From a bacterium (GTDB taxonomy: Bacteria; JADJOY01): a stretch of 64,000 bases of DNA. Positions 57,473 through 64,000 of this stretch are shown here, in pieces. The DNA lies in assembly GCA_046331705.1 (NCBI GenBank), contig JAXLQJ010000004.1, forward strand, positions 124,001-188,000, written 5' to 3'. Made by a program: the position numbers and the translations under genes. Positions within the stretch are counted from its first letter, which is position 1, and every line of letters starts with the position of its first letter. Under the pieces are notes generated by a model. The model was not told the origin of the DNA, ran no database searches, and worked only from the letters and a program-made list of their open reading frames with translations.

Positions 57473-59553
57473 ACGCCGAGCTCCTGCTCGAGATCGGCAC
57501 CGAGGAGCTGCCGGCGCGGTTCGTGGCGCCGGCGCTCGAGGCGTTGCGGGATCGGGTCGTGGCGTTGCTGGACGAGGGGCGGATCGCGCACGGCGCGGCG
57601 CGCACCCTCGGGACTCCGCGGCGGCTGGCGCTGATCGTGGAGGGCGTCGCCGCCGAGGGCAGCGCCGAATCGACGGTGGCGATCGGGCCGGCGGCGAGTG
57701 TCGCCTTCGACACGCACGGCCAGCCGACCAAGGCGGCGGAGGGCTTCGCCCGCAAGCAAGGCGTCCCCGTCGCCGCGCTCACCCGTGTCCGCACCGACAA
57801 GGGCGAGTACGCCGCCGCCGAGGTCACGCGCGAGGGCGCTCGCACCGCGGAGCTGCTCGCCGCGGCGCTGCCAGCGCGCATCCTCGCGATCCCCTTCCCC
57901 AAATCGATGCGCTGGGGCGAGCCGGAGATCAGCTTCGGACGGCCGATCCGCTGGATCGTGGCGCTGCTCGGACGCGGCGAGATCCGCTTTCGCGTGGGAC
58001 CGGTCGAGAGCGGCAGCGCGACGCGTGGGCACCGCGTCCACGGCACGGGCGGCGCGGTGGCGGTCGACGGGGTGGACGCCTACCTCGCGGCGCTCGCCGC
58101 CAGCGGCGTGATCGCCGATCCCGCGGAACGCCGCGACGCGATCGAACGGGGGGTCCGCGAGCTGGCGGCGTCGGTGGGCGGGCGCCCCGTGCCGGACCCC
58201 GGGCTCCTCGACGAGGTGACGAACCTGGTCGAGTCGGTGACGCCGGTGCTCGGCGGCTTCGAGCGCGAGTTCCTCGCGGTGCCACGCGAGGTGCTGCTCA
58301 CCGCGATGCGCACCCATCAGCGCTATTTCGCCGTCGAGGACGCGAACGGGAATCTCCTCCCGCATTTCGTCACGATCTCGAACACGCGGGTGCGCGATCT
58401 CGGTGTCGTTCGCCACGGCAACGAGGCGGTGCTGCGCGCGCGCCTGGCCGATGCGCGCTACTTCTACGACCTGGACCTGAGGAAGCCGCTCGCCGAACGG
58501 GTAGATGCGCTGGCAGGCGTGACCTACCACAAGAAGCTGGGCTCGGTGCGCGACAAGGTCGAGCGTGTCCGCACGCTGGCCGCGACCTTGGCTCACGAGG
58601 TGGGGCTCGCTTCCCAGCTCGCCGCGATCGACCGAACGGCGCTGCTCTGCAAGGCGGACCTCGTCACCGAGATGGTGGGCGAGTTCCCCGAGGTGCAGGG
58701 CACCATGGGCGGCTACTACGCGCTCGCGAGCGGCGAGCCGCCGGTGGTGGCCGCCGCGATTCGCGAGCACTACCTGCCCCGCTTCGCCGGGGATGCCCTG
58801 CCCGCCGGCGACGTGGGCGCCCTCGTCGGCCTCGCCGATCGGCTCGACACCCTCGCGGGCTCGTTCGCCGTGGGCGAGGTGCCCACCGGCGCCGCCGATC
58901 CGTTTGGCCTGAGGCGCAGGGCGCTCGCGATCATCCAGATCGTGATCGCGCGCGGCTGGCGCCTCGACGTGGGCAGGGCCATCGACTCGGCGCTCGGGTC
59001 CGTCGCCGCCGCGCTCAAGCGCCCTCGCGCCGAGGTCGCGGACGAGCTCGTGCGCTTCCTCGTCGCTCGTCACGCGACGCTCCTGCAAGCCGAAGGCATC
59101 GGCGCAGACGTGCTCGACGCCGCCGTGCAGGGCGGCCAGGCGGTCGACTTTCTGGATGCGGCGCGGCGCGCCCGGGCGCTCGAGGCCTGGAAGGACTACC
59201 CCGAGGCGATCGACCTCTACCGCGCGGCGAAGCGCATCGCGAACATCCGCAAGGACGAGCCGCGCGGCTTCGACGAACGCCCCGAGCTGCTCACCGAGGC
59301 GGCCGAGCGCGCGCTTCTCGACGCGGTCGCTCGGCTCGAACCGGAGGTTCGCGCGCTGACGAGCGAGACGCGCTACGCCGAAGCGCTCGAGCAGCTGCGC
59401 GCACTGAGCGCCCCCGTGACGCAGTTCTTCGACAAGATTCTCGTCATGGCCGAGAATCCCGAGCTGCGCCACGCGCGCTTCGCATTGCTGGACACCGTCG
59501 CCGCCTTGATCCGCAGCGTCGGCGATCTCACCAAGATCCAGATCGAAGGCTGA
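57469..59553 (+). CDS. glyS: Glycine-tRNA ligase beta subunit
   Basis: [42 protein letters not shown]. Confidence 0.95.
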   Translation: MNAELLLEIGTEELPARFVAPALEALRDRVVALLDEGRIAHGAARTLGTPRRLALIVEGVAAEGSAESTVAIGPAASVAFDTHGQPTKAAEGFARKQGVPVAALTRVRTDKGEYAAAEVTREGARTAELLAAALPARILAIPFPKSMRWGEPEISFGRPIRWIVALLGRGEIRFRVGPVESGSATRGHRVHGTGGAVAVDGVDAYLAALAASGVIADPAERRDAIERGVRELAASVGGRPVPDPGLLDEVTNLVESVTPVLGGFEREFLAVPREVLLTAMRTHQRYFAVEDANGNLLPHFVTISNTRVRDLGVVRHGNEAVLRARLADARYFYDLDLRKPLAERVDALAGVTYHKKLGSVRDKVERVRTLAATLAHEVGLASQLAAIDRTALLCKADLVTEMVGEFPEVQGTMGGYYALASGEPPVVAAAIREHYLPRFAGDALPAGDVGALVGLADRLDTLAGSFAVGEVPTGAADPFGLRRRALAIIQIVIARGWRLDVGRAIDSALGSVAAALKRPRAEVADELVRFLVARHATLLQAEGIGADVLDAAVQGGQAVDFLDAARRARALEAWKDYPEAIDLYRAAKRIANIRKDEPRGFDERPELLTEAAERALLDAVARLEPEVRALTSETRYAEALEQLRALSAPVTQFFDKILVMAENPELRHARFALLDTVAALIRSVGDLTKIQIEG

Positions 59554-59580
59554 ACACGCTCCGCGAACGGAGGACCACCG

Positions 59581-62391
<2,811 letters not shown>

Positions 62392-62447
62392 GCCTGCGCC
62401 GCCAGCCGGCGCGAGCGGCCCGCTCCGCGGGCCACGGGGATCCTGGA

Positions 62448-62861
62448 ATGGTCAAGACCAAGCAGGTGTCGATCCGGACCGAGAAGAATCGCGACGTCCG
62501 GAACATCTCGGACCTGCTCTCGAGCGCGGTGCTCGAGAGCAAGGTCCGGGATGGACTGGCGGTGGTGTTCTCGCCCCACACCACCATGGGCCTCTACCTC
62601 GCGAACTACGACCCCACGCTGGCGCCGGACGTGACCCGCTTCTTGAGCGAGCTGGTCCCGAACCACCCGGACTACGCGCACAATCAATCCGAAACCGACC
62701 CGAACACGGACTCGCACCTGAAGTCCATCGTGGTGGGCTCGAGCGTCACGATCCCGGTCGTCGGGGGCAAGCTGGCGCTCGGCCAGTGGCAGGGAATCTT
62801 CCTGGTCGAGTTCGAGGGGCCGCGCGCCCGTCACCTCACGGTGCAGATCCTCGGCGAATGA
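62448..62861 (+). CDS. yjbQ: YjbQ / UPF0047 family protein
   Basis: PHTT, DSHLKS, LGQWQGIFLVEFEGPR. Confidence 0.9.
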   Translation: MVKTKQVSIRTEKNRDVRNISDLLSSAVLESKVRDGLAVVFSPHTTMGLYLANYDPTLAPDVTRFLSELVPNHPDYAHNQSETDPNTDSHLKSIVVGSSVTIPVVGGKLALGQWQGIFLVEFEGPRARHLTVQILGE

Positions 62862-62913
62862 CGGACGGCTGACCGGCACGCATCGCGCACCGTTCGCGGT
62901 GCGCTCGAGTGAG

Positions 62914-62953
62914 AACGGCTGCGAGGCTCGATGCCTCGCAGCCGTTTGCTTTC
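62914..62953. terminator. Hairpin terminator between convergent genes
   Basis: 14-bp stem aacggctgcgaggc/gcctcgcagccgtt followed by tgctttc. Confidence 0.6.
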
Positions 62954-62973
62954 GAACGAAGCCGAAAGCCGGA

Positions 62974-64000
62974 TCAGGCTTCCGCGGTGCGCACCTGGAA
63001 GTTGCGCAGCAGGACTCGCAGGTAGCGGTGCACGCGGATGAAGTTTCCGCCGAAGATGTCGCGCAATCCCTGCAGCGCCAGGTAGACCGGGCGACCCAGG
63101 AACCACAGCGGATAGAAGAGGAAGTCCGGCTTGCGCTTCACGATGGCCGGGCTCAGCAGCAGCTTCTCGATGGGCTTCGGAATGCGATAGGCGCCGAAGA
63201 GGTAGGCAAGCCCGTTCATGTAGGTCCGGTTCACCCGCAGGTAGTCCTTCTGGTAGATGTCGCGGATGTCGTCCTGGATGATCCCCTCTTCCTTCGCGCG
63301 CGTGTAGAGATCCGTGCCGGGGAAGAACGTGAGCGAGTAGAAGATGATCCGAAACGGACGCGGCAGCTTCTGCAGGAGCTGCATCGTCTCGACGCGGTCG
63401 TCGTCCGTCTCCCAGGGGTTGTCCAGGATCATGTCGTACACGGGAAGGCGGATGTTCGAGCGGAACTTGTCGAAGATCGTGGCCGCGCGGACGATGACCG
63501 AGTCCGCGATGTTGCGCCGGTAGATCCGCTTGGTGTTCTGGGCACCGCTCTGGATGCCCATGCGGATGTTGAACAGCCCGGCGTCCACCAGCGCGGCGGT
63601 CTTGTCCTCCGTCACGGTGACGGGGATGAAGCCCGTCACCATGAACGGCATGCCGATGCGCTCCTTGTATTGCTTCGAGAAGTCCTGGATGTACTCGATC
63701 GACGCATCCATGAACGAGTCGTCGTCGAAGACCAGATAGCGGATGTACGGCATGTTCGCGCGCACGTAGTCGAGCTCCTGCATGACGTGCTCGACCGAGC
63801 GTCGGCGGGTGTTGGAGCCCGTGCCGTAGATCTTGCGGTACGCGTTGTGGCAGCAGAACGAGCAGTTGAGGATGCAGCCGCGCGAGCACGACGCCATGTA
63901 CTTGTAGACCAGGAACTTCTCCTGAAGCTCGTGGGTCATCGGCACCACGCGACCCTCGTTCAGGATGTAGTGCTCCACCAGGCTGTAGTCCGGGTGCGGC
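62974..64000 (-). CDS. B12-binding-type radical SAM protein, 5' truncated by window edge
   Basis: SRGCILNCSFC, FDDDSF, MGIQSG, FFPGTDL. Confidence 0.8.
   Translation of the reverse strand, partial: PHPDYSLVEHYILNEGRVVPMTHELQEKFLVYKYMASCSRGCILNCSFCCHNAYRKIYGTGSNTRRRSVEHVMQELDYVRANMPYIRYLVFDDDSFMDASIEYIQDFSKQYKERIGMPFMVTGFIPVTVTEDKTAALVDAGLFNIRMGIQSGAQNTKRIYRRNIADSVIVRAATIFDKFRSNIRLPVYDMILDNPWETDDDRVETMQLLQKLPRPFRIIFYSLTFFPGTDLYTRAKEEGIIQDDIRDIYQKDYLRVNRTYMNGLAYLFGAYRIPKPIEKLLLSPAIVKRKPDFLFYPLWFLGRPVYLALQGLRDIFGGNFIRVHRYLRVLLRNFQVRTAEA

Overview
High-GC bacterial chromosomal region. The deltaproteobacterial / Myxococcota-like origin is inferred from the tgl-rodZ-recO-glyQS-ppdK and miaB-DUF151 gene order and a MYXO-CTERM-like tail. 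Most of the window is housekeeping, envelope and signalling genes: GT-C-like membrane proteins, a long RelA/SpoT homologue, two B12-binding radical SAMs, larE, miaB, a MoxR-VWA-GAF-MreB cluster, a diguanylate cyclase, outer-membrane barrels, a purple acid phosphatase, a flippase, type IV pilus accessory genes, an NtrY/NtrX-like system, oppABC, recO, glyQS and ppdK. The main non-genic structure lies between miaB and mreB (10878-12875): a ~157-bp palindromic tandem repeat array with one unit split by a ~1.44-kb IS110-family element. Its transposase is frameshifted. Its 5' non-coding end can be read as a bridge RNA, with guide segments matching the repeat target (CCCCACC-CC-CGAGT) and the left half of the element's own circle junction (TGGAAAG-CC-ACGCT). 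Other points of interest are a long RSH with an apparently dead synthetase domain, an unannotated sigma54-driven 37-aa membrane peptide downstream of an enhancer-binding protein gene, an orphan bufferin-like Cys-rich precursor, and an MreB paralogue without mreCD in a MoxR/VWA cluster. No rRNA, tRNA or CRISPR array was recognised. All family assignments come from motif recognition by eye, not database searches.
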